The notes under the pieces: generated by a model
Database searches by the model: none
What the model was told of the DNA's origin: nothing
The model's input: only the letters and a program-made list of their open reading frames with translations
Shown here: piece by piece, positions 27,311 to 37,600 of the stretch
How positions within the stretch are numbered: position 1 is the stretch's first letter
How the letters are laid out: every line of letters starts with the position of its first letter
Translations under genes and position numbers: made by a program
From: an uncultured Pseudomonadales bacterium
GTDB taxonomy: Bacteria > Patescibacteriota > Microgenomatia > UBA1400 > PJMF01
Assembly: GCA_964537615.1 (NCBI GenBank)
Contig: CAZIBX010000001.1
Span: 1,929-65,928 of the forward strand
Direction of reading: 5' to 3'
Length of the DNA: 64,000 nucleotides

Positions 27311-28825
27311 ATGAATATTTCTGATGGTTTTGAACCGCAAAATGTGTGGAAACAAGCCTGCTTAATTCTGGCCAAATCGTTGTCACCGGCCGTGTTTAAT
27401 ACCTGGATCATTGCCAACCCACTCACCGAGTTGGTAGAAAGCGGCGATGGTTATGAAGCTACCATCACCAGCCCCACGGCTTTTCACGCCACCAATCTGC
27501 AAAAAAACCTACATCAACAAATTTTGGGCGCTATTCAGGACATCATCGGTGCGCCAGTCACACTTCACTATCAGGTGGGCAGTAAAATCACCACCCACAA
27601 TTCAGAATTGTCTCAAAATCACGTTTCAACAGATCAAAAAACCGACTCACACTTGTCACCCAGTCCCTCTTCCCTCCAGTCACCTCGGGTGGAAGAACTA
27701 TTTTCACAACAAGCCATTATGTCCGCCTCACAAGATCGTTTGGCCTGGCGGGTCAAACAAGTGGGGCTTAACAGCGCTTTTATTTTTGAAACATTTGCAG
27801 TCTCCACCACCAACGAGATGGCTCACGCCGCTGCTGTAGCCGTCTCCAATAAGCCCGGCCACTCATACAACCCCTTATTTCTCTATGGCGGGGTGGGAGT
27901 AGGCAAAACTCACTTGATGCACGCTATCGGTAATAATATTTTGGCCAGCGACCCAGATATCAACATGGTTTACTGCACGGGTGAGGAGTTTACCAACGAA
28001 ATAGTCCAGGCCATACAAACCAAGCGAGCCAACTCTTTTAAACACAAGTACCGCACAGCCAGCGTGCTTTTGATCGACGACATTCAGTTTATCGCCGGCA
28101 AAACAGCTGTGCAGGAGGAGTTTTTTCATACTTTCAACGCCCTCACCCAACAACACAGCCAAATCGTTTTGACTTCTGACAGACCACCCCAAGAAATCTC
28201 TCTACTAGAAGATCGTTTGCGCTCCAGATTTGAAGCCGGGCTGATGATCGACATCGGCCAACCCAGCTTTGAGCTACGCACGGCCATTGTTTTACTCAAA
28301 GCCAAGGCGGGACGCCTGCCCATCGATATAGATTTGGCCAAACAAATCGCCCAAAACGTAACCAGTGCCAGAAAAATCGAGGGTATTATTACTTCCGTCC
28401 GCTCGGCTGTCGAGTTAAAACATCGAGAGGTTAACTCCCAGCTTATATCGGAGTTATTACAAGCTGAAGACAGTAGTCAAAATAAAATCAAAATTAATAT
28501 TAATCCAGCCGATGTGATTAAAACCGTAGCCGACCACTATCGGCTTAAACAAGCCGAGTTGAAGGGCGCTAGTCGAGAACGACACGTGGTCACAGCCAGA
28601 CACGTAGCTATGTATCTACTTTATAAAGACGTAGGATTACCACTGACAGAGATTGCCCGTTGGTTTGGAGGTCGTGATCACACCAGTGTTTTACACGCCA
28701 CCAGAAAAATTGCCACAGACATAGAAATTTCAGGATCAAGTTTAACCGATGTCAGCACTCTCCGTCACCGACTGCGCCAAAAAACAGGAAACAATTTATC
28801 CACAACTGTGCAAAACTATGTGTAA
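27311..28825 (+). CDS. dnaA: Chromosomal replication initiator DnaA
   Basis: AAA+ Walker A (GGVGVGKTHLMHAIGN), sensor motifs, and the C-terminal DnaA-box-binding helix-turn-helix (…LPLTEIARWFGGRDHTSVLHATRKI…). Confidence 0.95.
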   Translation: MNISDGFEPQNVWKQACLILAKSLSPAVFNTWIIANPLTELVESGDGYEATITSPTAFHATNLQKNLHQQILGAIQDIIGAPVTLHYQVGSKITTHNSELSQNHVSTDQKTDSHLSPSPSSLQSPRVEELFSQQAIMSASQDRLAWRVKQVGLNSAFIFETFAVSTTNEMAHAAAVAVSNKPGHSYNPLFLYGGVGVGKTHLMHAIGNNILASDPDINMVYCTGEEFTNEIVQAIQTKRANSFKHKYRTASVLLIDDIQFIAGKTAVQEEFFHTFNALTQQHSQIVLTSDRPPQEISLLEDRLRSRFEAGLMIDIGQPSFELRTAIVLLKAKAGRLPIDIDLAKQIAQNVTSARKIEGIITSVRSAVELKHREVNSQLISELLQAEDSSQNKIKININPADVIKTVADHYRLKQAELKGASRERHVVTARHVAMYLLYKDVGLPLTEIARWFGGRDHTSVLHATRKIATDIEISGSSLTDVSTLRHRLRQKTGNNLSTTVQNYV

Positions 28826-28910
28826 AACCCGGCTTTTTACTGTGCATAAAAATTCACAAAACCAAGCTTGTTTGCTTGTCGATAGTAACTTTTTCCATTA
28901 TATGCCGCCG

Positions 28911-28987
28911 ATATTCACAGACTTATTCAAAACAAAACCAGCCGTTTATTCACAAGTTGCTCTAGAGAAAATTAAGACTTACTCACA
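28911..28987. promoter_or_regulatory. DnaA-box cluster plus AT-rich unwinding region between dnaA and dnaN (oriC, right part)
   Basis: ATATTCACA at 28911–28919, TTATTCACA at 28946–28954 (perfect TTATNCACA) and TTACTCACA at 28979–28987. An AT-rich stretch follows (taattaagatatatacaatacaag). Confidence 0.55.
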
Positions 28988-29053
28988 CGATTTATTCTCT
29001 CTACTACTACCACTACTAATTAAGATATATACAATACAAGCTTCTGTTTAAAC

Positions 29054-30163
29054 ATGAAAATAATAGTCTCGCAATCACTTTTAAACCAAGCTTTAACTTA
29101 CGCCCAGAAAGCTATCGCCAGTAAGCCGTCGTTACCTGTTTTGGGTGGGATTTTATTTAAAGCTGAAAAAGATAGTTGCCAAATTTTGGCCACAGACTTG
29201 TATTTAGGAATAAAAACCACCATTCCAGCTGAAATTAAAAAAACCGGCAGCGTGGTAATCCCAGGCAAGCAACTAAAAGAATTAGTCAGCGTGCTAGATG
29301 AAAAGGATATAGAAATTGAAACACAAGAAAACAGTGTCGTTATTAAATCTGGTGAAGGAACAACAACTTTTTCAGTCCTACCCACAGCTGATTTTCCAGA
29401 ATTTCCTGACGTAAAAGGAGAAGATGTAATTTTATCCAACCAACTATTGGACCAAATCAGTCAAAAAGTCCTCCCCTCTATTTCCAGCGATACCACTAGG
29501 CCTGTTTTGACTTGCGTTTTGTTTGATATAGATAAAAAAAATACCCAAGTGGTGGCCACAGACGGCTTCAGACTTTCTTTGCTTAAATCAAGCGAAGTTT
29601 ATAGTTCTACCAAACAACAGTGGCTGATTCCCGCCACTGCTCTGTCAGAAGTTATCAGGGTGGCCCAAGCTAAGTCAGAGAACTCGGTGTCAGTCTGCGC
29701 CGCACCAGACATTAAACAAGTCCGCTTCAGTGTGGCCGACGTTCAGTTTTGGGTCAGATTGATGGACGGCGAGTATCCGCCTTATAACAAAATCATTCCC
29801 AGTGATTTTAAAACAGAAGTCAAAGTTCTGGCTGATGAACTACTGTCTCATGTCCGTCGGGCTCAAGTGGTTAATAAAGACACTTCTAACATCGTGGAAC
29901 TGCGCGTCATTAAATCTCAACTAACCATCGCAGCTAGAACCACCACCGTTTCCTCATACACAGCTCAACTTAATACAATTAGTGTGGACGGGGCGGACTG
30001 TACCATCGCTTTCAACGCCAGATATTTGATAGACATTCTGAAAGAAGCTGGTCAAAATCAAGTTAATTTATCTCTAGTAGAGAGTTTGAAGCCCGCCCAA
30101 CTCACTTTTTTAAACGAGACTGATTTTTTATATGTGATGATGCCTTTTCGCATCAATGAATAA
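29054..30163 (+). CDS. dnaN: DNA polymerase III beta sliding clamp
   Basis: 369-aa protein with typical DnaN N-terminal sequence and three-domain length, in the conserved position after dnaA. Confidence 0.9.
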   Translation: MKIIVSQSLLNQALTYAQKAIASKPSLPVLGGILFKAEKDSCQILATDLYLGIKTTIPAEIKKTGSVVIPGKQLKELVSVLDEKDIEIETQENSVVIKSGEGTTTFSVLPTADFPEFPDVKGEDVILSNQLLDQISQKVLPSISSDTTRPVLTCVLFDIDKKNTQVVATDGFRLSLLKSSEVYSSTKQQWLIPATALSEVIRVAQAKSENSVSVCAAPDIKQVRFSVADVQFWVRLMDGEYPPYNKIIPSDFKTEVKVLADELLSHVRRAQVVNKDTSNIVELRVIKSQLTIAARTTTVSSYTAQLNTISVDGADCTIAFNARYLIDILKEAGQNQVNLSLVESLKPAQLTFLNETDFLYVMMPFRINE

Positions 30164-30209
30164 ACTGACGATAGGATAAACAGATCGGTTTTGGTATACT
30201 ACCCATCTT

Positions 30210-30359
30210 ATGACCAAACGCACTTATCAACCCAAAAAGCGCCGCCGAGCCAGAGTTCACGGTTTTTTTGCCAGAATGAAAACCATGGCCGGCCGAGCAG
30301 TTTTGAAACGACGCCGGCTTAAAGGACGTAAATTATTGACCGTAAACGCTTCTTATTAG
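30210..30359 (+). CDS. rpmH: 50S ribosomal protein L34
   Basis: Unlisted short ORF: [49 protein letters not shown]. The canonical L34 sequence sits immediately upstream of rnpA. Confidence 0.9.
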   Translation: MTKRTYQPKKRRRARVHGFFARMKTMAGRAVLKRRRLKGRKLLTVNASY

Positions 30360-30364
30360 CCCCT

Positions 30365-30700
30365 ATGCTGCCCAAGCGCTGGCGATTATTACTTAGGAAG
30401 GAGAAAAACTTTTTTGATCAAGCCAAACGACATTTTTCTGATGGTATAACCACTTTTTATATCCAGAAAAATCAAGAATTGAAACTGGGAGTGATAGTTC
30501 CCAAACATCAATTTCTACTCTCTTCTACCAGGCATAAAATAAGTCGTCGGTTTTATCAAGCTATAGAAGAAGTAATTAAAACAAATTTATACCATGGTCA
30601 CTATGTTTTTGTTTTATCTAGAGTTATATTGACCAAAAATAATTCAGAACTTAAACAAATCATTCTTCATCACCTCAACTTTTTTTATCCACCTACATGA
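30365..30700 (+). CDS. rnpA: RNase P protein component
   Basis: 111-aa basic protein in the conserved rpmH–rnpA–yidD–yidC order. Confidence 0.75.
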   Translation: MLPKRWRLLLRKEKNFFDQAKRHFSDGITTFYIQKNQELKLGVIVPKHQFLLSSTRHKISRRFYQAIEEVIKTNLYHGHYVFVLSRVILTKNNSELKQIILHHLNFFYPPT

Positions 30701-30909
30701 CATTTTTTCAAACCACCACTATTAAAATTATTCAAGCCCTTCGATTAGTAAGAAGCTATATATTAATTAGTCAGTTTGGTAGTTTGTCCCGTTGTCGTTA
30801 TAGCGAAACTTGTGGCCAATATCTAGTGCGGCAAGTTAAACAACTTGGTGTTTTACCCGGCCTAGGTGTGGGCTTAAAACGTATGGCTAGTTGTCAAGGA
30901 TTGTTATGA
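30697..30909 (+). CDS. yidD: Membrane protein insertion efficiency factor YidD
   Basis: LVRSYILISQFGSLSRCRYSETCGQY…LKRMASCQ matches the YidD motif (…RFYQ..iSp…CRF.PSCS.Y…RCHP). It overlaps rnpA by 4 nt. Confidence 0.8.
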   Translation: MTFFQTTTIKIIQALRLVRSYILISQFGSLSRCRYSETCGQYLVRQVKQLGVLPGLGVGLKRMASCQGLL

Positions 30910-31667
30910 TTTTTACTTATTTTTCCCAACTCATAGTTTTTCTGTCCCAAGCCACCGGCAGTTTTGGTTTGGGTGTGGTGGTTTTTACCATTTTACTCCG
31001 GTTGATTTTATTACCCATCAGTTTGTCTTCACTACGGGTCAGTAAAAAAATGACCGACGTTGCCCCCAAACTAAGTGAGTTAAAGAAAAAACACGCCAAA
31101 GATCCCAAAGCTCTCCAACAAGCCCAACTCAATCTTTATAAAGAACACAACATCAACCCCGCCTCTGGCTGTTTACCCCAAATTGTCCAGTTGGTGGTGC
31201 TGATTTTTCTTTGGCAGGCATTTTTGAACTTATTTAAACTCAATCAGGGTGGTCTGATTCAAGTTAATGGTACGACCCTTAACCCGGTATTTTATTGGTC
31301 TGACTTAACCAAGCCGGACGGTTTGTATGTCTGGCCTATTTTGGCCGGTGCATCTCAACTTCTACTCTCTCTGATGATGATGCCCAAAAAAGTCACTTCC
31401 AAAACCCCGGTTCCAGTCAAAAATAACAACAAAAAACCAGATCAACCGGACTTTGCCGACACCATGATGGGGATGCAAAAACAAATGTTGATAATTATGC
31501 CGGTGATGACCACATTTATCGGTATCAGTTTGCCGGCTGGTTTATCCATGTACTGGTTTATTACCACTATCGTCAGCATCTTACAGCAGTGGTATGTGTC
31601 TGGTTGGGGAGTTTTGTCTGATAGTAAAAGCCTTGTCCTGGCTAGTGTTAAACGTTTTAAATCATAA
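30891..31667 (+). CDS. yidC: Membrane protein insertase YidC (short Gram-positive/CPR form)
   Basis: 258 aa with the conserved TM core (…NLYKEHNINPASGCLPQIVQLVVLIFLW… and …YWFITTIVSILQQW). Gene-order context supports the call. Confidence 0.8.
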   Translation: MSRIVMIFTYFSQLIVFLSQATGSFGLGVVVFTILLRLILLPISLSSLRVSKKMTDVAPKLSELKKKHAKDPKALQQAQLNLYKEHNINPASGCLPQIVQLVVLIFLWQAFLNLFKLNQGGLIQVNGTTLNPVFYWSDLTKPDGLYVWPILAGASQLLLSLMMMPKKVTSKTPVPVKNNNKKPDQPDFADTMMGMQKQMLIIMPVMTTFIGISLPAGLSMYWFITTIVSILQQWYVSGWGVLSDSKSLVLASVKRFKS

Positions 31668-31680
31668 AAAAGGAGGATTT

Positions 31681-32148
31681 ATGTCGCTATCTCCCGCTGA
31701 TTTTGTCAGCCAACTACTTGAACATGCTGGCTTGGATCCGGCTAGTTTTAAAATAGAGACTCTTGACCAAGATCAGTGGTTAAAAATTAATATCTCGGTG
31801 TCAGAGGAAGAGTCGGGTATTTTGATCGGGGTTCACGGTGAAACATTAAGTTCATTGCAGCGCTTGGTGCGCCTGGCTTATCTTGACACCGTCACAGATA
31901 AAAAAATCGTTATTAACATCAATGATTATCGAGAACGGCGAGAAGAAAAACTGAAAAATATGGTTGAAATTGTGGCAGAAAGGGTTTTGCAAACCGGTCA
32001 ACCCCACACCCTCCCCTCTTATCTGCCTTCATACGAGAGATTTTTTATTCACACCATGTTATCTGGTGACGAAAAATATGCAGGACTAACCAGCTCGTCG
32101 ACCGGAGTGGGTCGGGACAGACGTTTAACCATTGCCGTTAAGTCATGA
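31681..32148 (+). CDS. jag: Jag/KhpB-like KH–R3H RNA-binding protein
   Basis: AGGAGG RBS 6 nt upstream of the ATG at 31681. The sequence has KH-like (…ILIGVHGETLSSLQRLVRLA…) and R3H-like segments, and the gene sits in the conserved position after yidC. Confidence 0.6.
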   Translation: MSLSPADFVSQLLEHAGLDPASFKIETLDQDQWLKINISVSEEESGILIGVHGETLSSLQRLVRLAYLDTVTDKKIVININDYRERREEKLKNMVEIVAERVLQTGQPHTLPSYLPSYERFFIHTMLSGDEKYAGLTSSSTGVGRDRRLTIAVKS

Positions 32149-32567
32149 CACCATCAAAGTTGATAATTTACACAGACGGAGGAGCCAGAGGTAATCCTGG
32201 GCCTGCGGCTATTGGTGTGGTCATTTTTAACCAAGACCAAAAAATCGCTAACTTCGGTCAAGTCATCGGCGTTGCCACTAACAACGAAGCAGAATACCAG
32301 GCGGTTTTGGCTTCACTTAATTATTTGCTTCAACACAAAGATGTTTTTTTAAACAATACTTTGGAGTGGCGACTGGACTCTTTACTGGTGGCCTCTCAAC
32401 TAACCGGTCAATATAAGATTAAAGAACCTCGTCTTAAACAGTTGGCAGGTCAGGCGCTGGTTTTATTTAGCCAACTAGGCGTCAGCTACACCATCACCCA
32501 CGTCCCCCGTCATCAAAACGCTCTAGCCGATGAGTTGGTTAATCGATCGTTGGATGCAGAACTTTGA
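32145..32567 (+). CDS. rnhA: Ribonuclease HI
   Basis: IYTDGGARGNPGPAAIGVVIF is the classic RNase H N-terminal motif. The DEDD residues are spaced as in RnhA and the protein is 140 aa. Confidence 0.8.
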   Translation: MTPSKLIIYTDGGARGNPGPAAIGVVIFNQDQKIANFGQVIGVATNNEAEYQAVLASLNYLLQHKDVFLNNTLEWRLDSLLVASQLTGQYKIKEPRLKQLAGQALVLFSQLGVSYTITHVPRHQNALADELVNRSLDAEL

Positions 32568-32630
32568 ACTGTTGTTTCTTAACACCATTCCTAGTCGGGA
32601 CTTTTACCAGTACAATGTGTTTACCTGCTC

Positions 32631-35525
32631 ATGAAAACCGCGGCTATCTCTGACTCACCTACCATCGGTATAGTTTCTACTCACCAGAGTTGGGCTCAAC
32701 TATTGGCTGAAGGTATAAATCGGCCGGGGTTAATAGTTAATCAAATCAGTCCCTCACAACTGACCCAGAACGATTGTTACAAAATTATCTGGTTGGTTGA
32801 TCCGGGTCAAACTCAAACACAAGAGTTAATTACAACCATGAGTCTGGTCAACAAACCATTGTTGGTAGTTTTTCCTTTTGTGTCGCCTGCTTTAACTGAT
32901 CCAGACAAAACAAATCCAGCTTGGTCCAATTACCACTTACACGAAAGACAGGTTCTGGCCGACTTAATGAAAGCTTTGCCTAGTGCGGTGTTTGTTTTTA
33001 TTCCCAACTTGATCTTGCCCGCACCTCTACAACCCTTGTTCACAGATTTGGTTTGGTTAATTTCTCCTCTGGAAAAGGGTTTGTTGTTTGACCCAGACAT
33101 ATCAACTACTTTGACTGGTTGGAAAGAGGCCGCCGACAGCGTTGCTGATTTGGTTATCAGACCTCATTTACCTGATCGAATCTTATTATCTCCACCTCAA
33201 ATTTCCTCTGATTTAATTCTAAAAGAAATTCAGTCGGCCAGTATTAAACAAAACGGCGATCATCCAGATATTTTGACCAGACCGATTAAGCTGGACTTTG
33301 CTTATCCCCCCACCGACCGGGTTCAACCACTTCACACTTCGCCTCGCCAAACTCTTTATGGCTTCTTAAATCAAATTGAACTGCCCTGCGCTGTTACTAA
33401 GCCAGAAATCCCCCAACCTACCGTTTTAGCTCCACAATCAACAGAATCGCCACTCAATTCTTTACTCACCCCACTACCCACCCCGCTACCCCATTCACCA
33501 CTCAACCCACTGCCTCCAACCAGAGATAGTGTATTAATCCCCTCGCCTATTTCCGCACCGACTCCATCACCGCACGACTTCAGTTTGTCTCAATCTTTAT
33601 CAAGTATTTTTACCCATACCAACGCCGTTCAACAACAAGATTATTTAACCAAAATTACCAAGACAGAAATTAAAGAAGGTAAAAGATCGGGCCGGCGCAA
33701 ACGCCTTTTTGTTTTTGGTTCGGCCAGCGTAGGAGTGGCTTTATTGGCCATCATGTTGTTTGGTGCGTTTTCTTTGAATTTAAATCTGGTCAAAAATCAT
33801 CTGGTTAATCGGTTTGACCAAAGCGACCCATCACCCAACTGGCAAACTCGAGCTTATCCTTGGTTGACCTCTACTCTGCAGGTTCAGACCAATATTTATA
33901 ATGCTTTATTTTCCAACCCCAGATTGGAAGAGGCCCAAGCGGTGGTTAACTCCACCCAGCTGTTGGCTCAAGCCGAGCAGCAAACTCAACTTCTACAAAC
34001 TACCGGCCAAAATCTGGTTGCGGCCATGCTGGGAGTTGATGATACTTCAGAAATCGAGCCAACCGCCCAAAACGTCGCCCTACACAGTCGTAGCGCCTAT
34101 GAATTGTGGTCACAGTTGCAAGCTAGTACGGCACAAATTGATTTATCTGATAAAGCCGAGCCAACTGATGGCGGTCAAACCATCAACCAAACTACCACCC
34201 AAACTGATCAGCGACTCAAAAACTTAATCAAACTGCAAAAGTTATCGCCCGTTTTTACCAAATTAGCCCAAACCCCCAAAACCACTGTCGCCGTTTTGTT
34301 CCAAAATAGTCAGGAACTGCGCCCCACCGGCGGATTTATTCAGGCGGTGGCGATTTTAAACTTCGAGCGGGGTCGGTTGGTGGCTTACTCAACTCATAGT
34401 AGTTACTCTCTAGACACCAAAATTTCCGGCCAGGTAGCAGCTCCTGACGACATCAGAGCCATTTTGGGTGAAAGTAATTTTTATTTTCGCGACAGTAATT
34501 GGGACGGCAATTTTCCTACCAGTATGCAAAAATCCGGTTGGTTTTTGGACAAAGCATTAAACAAACAAATAGACGGAATTATAGCTCTAAATACTATTTC
34601 TCTTCCCACGCTTTTGTCCGCTATTGGGCCAGTGGAACTGCCTAGTTATAACGAAGTGATTACTCCGGCCAATGTGGCCGAACGACTAGAGTTTCATTCA
34701 GAAATTCAGTTAACGCCCGGCAGTCAGGACTATACCACCACTCTTTTGGACGCTATGTTAACCAACATCAAAAATCTCAAGCCAGACAAGTATCCGGCTT
34801 TGGCTCGAGCTATGTCAGACATGTTGGATGAGCAAGGTGTGTTGATCGCGTTTGATGATAAGGACTCTCAACAAAACTTAACGGAATTGGGCTGGACTGG
34901 CGCTCTTTTGACCCCGCCTTGCCCCGCTCAATTTACCTCTCCTGATTGTTTTGTCGATACTATCGCTCAAGTTGAAGCCAATGTTGGTATCAATAAAGCC
35001 AATTATTATCTGGAAAAGAATCAAACTCACTACGTGACTTTGACCCCAAGTTCAGCCAGTCATGACTTAACCACGCGCTACACCAACACTGCCAAGTCCA
35101 ACGCCTGGCCGCGTGGGCCGTACAAGGCCTACGTCCGGCTTTATTTGCCGGAGGGAACGACGGGAGTTGAGATCGAGTTCAATCAAACCAAGCTGGCCGG
35201 TCAAAGTATTAAAACCTACACCGAGTATTCTAAGCAAGTTTGGGCTTTTTCGCTTGAAGTTCCGGTCAATTCTTCTCGGGATTTACGTGTCCGCTATCAT
35301 GTGCCATTAACTAGCAAATCCGCCAACCAATCGGACAAATTAAGCTATGTTTTATTTGAACAAAAACAACCTGGTACCGGACCTATGCCGGTCAAAACCA
35401 CTATCCAGTTATCTGACGATCTCTCCCCCACCCTGATTGCACCTCAAGCAGAGGTGTTAAACAAAACCATCATTTTTCACGCTACTAGTCAAAGCCACTT
35501 GCTGTATGGAGTTTTGGCCAATTAG
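32631..35525 (+). CDS. Large single-pass membrane protein with a ~590-aa extracytoplasmic C-terminal domain (DUF4012-like)
   Basis: ~350-aa N-terminal cytoplasmic part with Pro-rich segments, one TM (LFVFGSASVGVALLAIMLFGAF), then a large outside domain (…TGGFIQAVAILNFERGRLV…SNFYFRDSNWDGNFPTS…). Function unknown. Confidence 0.5.
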   Translation: MKTAAISDSPTIGIVSTHQSWAQLLAEGINRPGLIVNQISPSQLTQNDCYKIIWLVDPGQTQTQELITTMSLVNKPLLVVFPFVSPALTDPDKTNPAWSNYHLHERQVLADLMKALPSAVFVFIPNLILPAPLQPLFTDLVWLISPLEKGLLFDPDISTTLTGWKEAADSVADLVIRPHLPDRILLSPPQISSDLILKEIQSASIKQNGDHPDILTRPIKLDFAYPPTDRVQPLHTSPRQTLYGFLNQIELPCAVTKPEIPQPTVLAPQSTESPLNSLLTPLPTPLPHSPLNPLPPTRDSVLIPSPISAPTPSPHDFSLSQSLSSIFTHTNAVQQQDYLTKITKTEIKEGKRSGRRKRLFVFGSASVGVALLAIMLFGAFSLNLNLVKNHLVNRFDQSDPSPNWQTRAYPWLTSTLQVQTNIYNALFSNPRLEEAQAVVNSTQLLAQAEQQTQLLQTTGQNLVAAMLGVDDTSEIEPTAQNVALHSRSAYELWSQLQASTAQIDLSDKAEPTDGGQTINQTTTQTDQRLKNLIKLQKLSPVFTKLAQTPKTTVAVLFQNSQELRPTGGFIQAVAILNFERGRLVAYSTHSSYSLDTKISGQVAAPDDIRAILGESNFYFRDSNWDGNFPTSMQKSGWFLDKALNKQIDGIIALNTISLPTLLSAIGPVELPSYNEVITPANVAERLEFHSEIQLTPGSQDYTTTLLDAMLTNIKNLKPDKYPALARAMSDMLDEQGVLIAFDDKDSQQNLTELGWTGALLTPPCPAQFTSPDCFVDTIAQVEANVGINKANYYLEKNQTHYVTLTPSSASHDLTTRYTNTAKSNAWPRGPYKAYVRLYLPEGTTGVEIEFNQTKLAGQSIKTYTEYSKQVWAFSLEVPVNSSRDLRVRYHVPLTSKSANQSDKLSYVLFEQKQPGTGPMPVKTTIQLSDDLSPTLIAPQAEVLNKTIIFHATSQSHLLYGVLAN

Positions 35526-35636
35526 TCGGTGTGATCGGCCCATTGACCGGACTGGTATACTAACATACTCAACAGATACAGCGCACCAACGCACAGTAAA
35601 AATATACATATCTGATATGTATTAGACCGGAAATTT

Positions 35637-36359
35637 ATGACAGATCATAAGTCAATTTTTTTTCATGTGAATCATAGGGATTTGCTTGGTAAATCAAGCA
35701 AAAAACTGCATTTCCAGGGGAAACTGCCAGGCAATGTGTACGGGTTACACACAAATTCTGAAAATATTGAACTTTCTTCTCAAGAGTTTAATAAAATCTA
35801 CAAAAAAGGTGAGGAATTGGGACTGGTTTATTTAAAAAGCGAAATACACACCCAAGATGTACCGGTGCTTATCAGCCACGTTGATTTTGACCCCGTCACC
35901 AACCAAGCTACTCACGTTTCTTTTCGTCGTGTCAGTTTGGCCGAAAAAGTTACTGTGGAGGTGCCGGTAGAAACAGTGGGGGAGGCAGACATCATCGATG
36001 CCAACGTGGTTCAGGTTTTGAGCGTGGTAGAGATCGAGGCCTTACCAACCGATATTCCGGAGAAAATCGAAGTCGACGTGAGTGTTTTGACGGCTGTTGG
36101 TCAATCGATTTTGCTTCAAGACATCGTGCCGGTCGGGGCTAAGTTCAGTCTGACTGCTTCAGAAGAAGAACTGCAGAGCCCGGTGGTGATTGTGCAGGAA
36201 GTCAAAGAAGAGGTCGAACCAGAACCGGTAGTTGAGCCGGAAGCCGGTGCAGAAGGTGAGGGCACAACTGGTGAAGGTGAAGGCGCGACGGAAGGCGAGT
36301 CAGAAGGCCAAAAACCTGATGGTGACAAAAAACCAGAGTCGGATAAAAAAGAAGAGTAG
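35637..36359 (+). CDS. rplY: 50S ribosomal protein L25 / general stress protein Ctc with an acidic Glu/Gly-rich C-terminal tail
   Basis: The N-terminus (…HVNHRDLLGKSSKKLHFQGKLPGNVYG…) matches the L25/Ctc beta-barrel. The C-terminal 60 aa are EPEP/EGEG low complexity. Confidence 0.7.
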   Translation: MTDHKSIFFHVNHRDLLGKSSKKLHFQGKLPGNVYGLHTNSENIELSSQEFNKIYKKGEELGLVYLKSEIHTQDVPVLISHVDFDPVTNQATHVSFRRVSLAEKVTVEVPVETVGEADIIDANVVQVLSVVEIEALPTDIPEKIEVDVSVLTAVGQSILLQDIVPVGAKFSLTASEEELQSPVVIVQEVKEEVEPEPVVEPEAGAEGEGTTGEGEGATEGESEGQKPDGDKKPESDKKEE

Positions 36360-36569
36360 TGGAGTAGGTGAAAGGCCTGTAGATTCAAAAATTTTGTTTC
36401 AAAGGTTTTTGCCGGCTAGATCAATTGCTGTTTTACCTCAAGCACTGAACAACAAGTCGCTACTTATAGACGGCCTAATGGTTGAAAATTATTAAATTAC
36501 ACGGCGATTTTGCTTCGGAGAACTTAGTCCTAACAGCCAATAAACCCACGCATCTAGTTATCATTAACG

Positions 36570-37124
36570 GTGTTCAATAAATTAATTTGGTTAAACAATT
36601 TGGAGAAAAAAATTACTTTATTCTCGGAGCAAACAAGATCAATGGTTAAGCATGCGATTAACAAGAACTGGCGTGACAAATTTTTAAGTTGTAAAATGCA
36701 GTTAGCAAAATGCCTGAACTACCAATGCCCCCCCAGAATTGTTACAGATTATGCAAATCACAGGATAAGTGATGATTGTCTCGACCAAGACCAAAGAGAG
36801 CGATTGTCTGGTTTACCTGAGAAAAAGCTGTTAGCTATTTTATATCCAGAAACCGAATTCGTTGGTAGAGGTAACTTCAGCTTCGTTATAGGTCATCCAA
36901 CGAATCCCAACATGGTTATCGCCTACAACATTTTTAGCAGTGACATTCGAGAGGATCCAATTAGAGCGAAGGAGATATACCACATGCATCGTATTCTTAG
37001 TGTTCTTTTCCCAAGGAATTTTCCAAAGTTTGCTGCAGTGATTGGTGGTGAGAATGCTCAGTCCATACGTCAAAGAGTTTTTTATCGAAAAGTCGGCAGG
37101 TTTTGTATCCGCTTAGCGAAGTAG
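36570..37124 (+). pseudogene. Hypothetical ORF, 5' half of a probable frameshift-split gene (AT-rich islet)
   Basis: Low-GC ORF whose stop at 37122–37124 falls inside the next ORF, which is open from 37052 in another frame. A T6 homopolymer at 37078–37083 sits in the overlap. Confidence 0.35.
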
Positions 37125-37600
37125 TGAAATGGACTAAATACTTTGGTTTTCCTCTTAACGCTGATTTTTCTCATCAACAAAATATTGTTGTTGGTCCAGA
37201 TGGAGGCGAATACTATGTGGATGTTTCTATGACAACAAGCAATGAGTTTTTCTTCAAAGATTTGGACATGAAAAAATTAAACGAATATATGCTACTTCAA
37301 AATATTCCAAAGGAAGAACAAGACACAGTAATTTCATCAATACGAAGACTCAGAGAATTGAGTGTAATAAATGTTGTCAGTTTAGTTCTAAATAATTGGG
37401 AATCTTTCTTGGAAAAGGGATATCCTGTTGATACGAGAGAATTTTATGAATATTTGCTTAGCAATTCTATTCAAAAAGACTTTTGGGAATTGGGGAAAGA
37501 ATCCTTAAGAAGGATTATTCTGCATATTGAAAAACTACCGATAACTCAGAAAAATCAACATGTGCGAGAAAGGATACTGGATCATATTCAAGGTTTATGA
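37103..37600 (+). pseudogene. Hypothetical ORF, 3' half of a probable frameshift-split gene (TTG start in track)
   Basis: Its frame is open from 37052, overlapping the previous ORF by ~70 nt. Composition and codon bias match the previous ORF. No recognisable domain. Confidence 0.35.
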
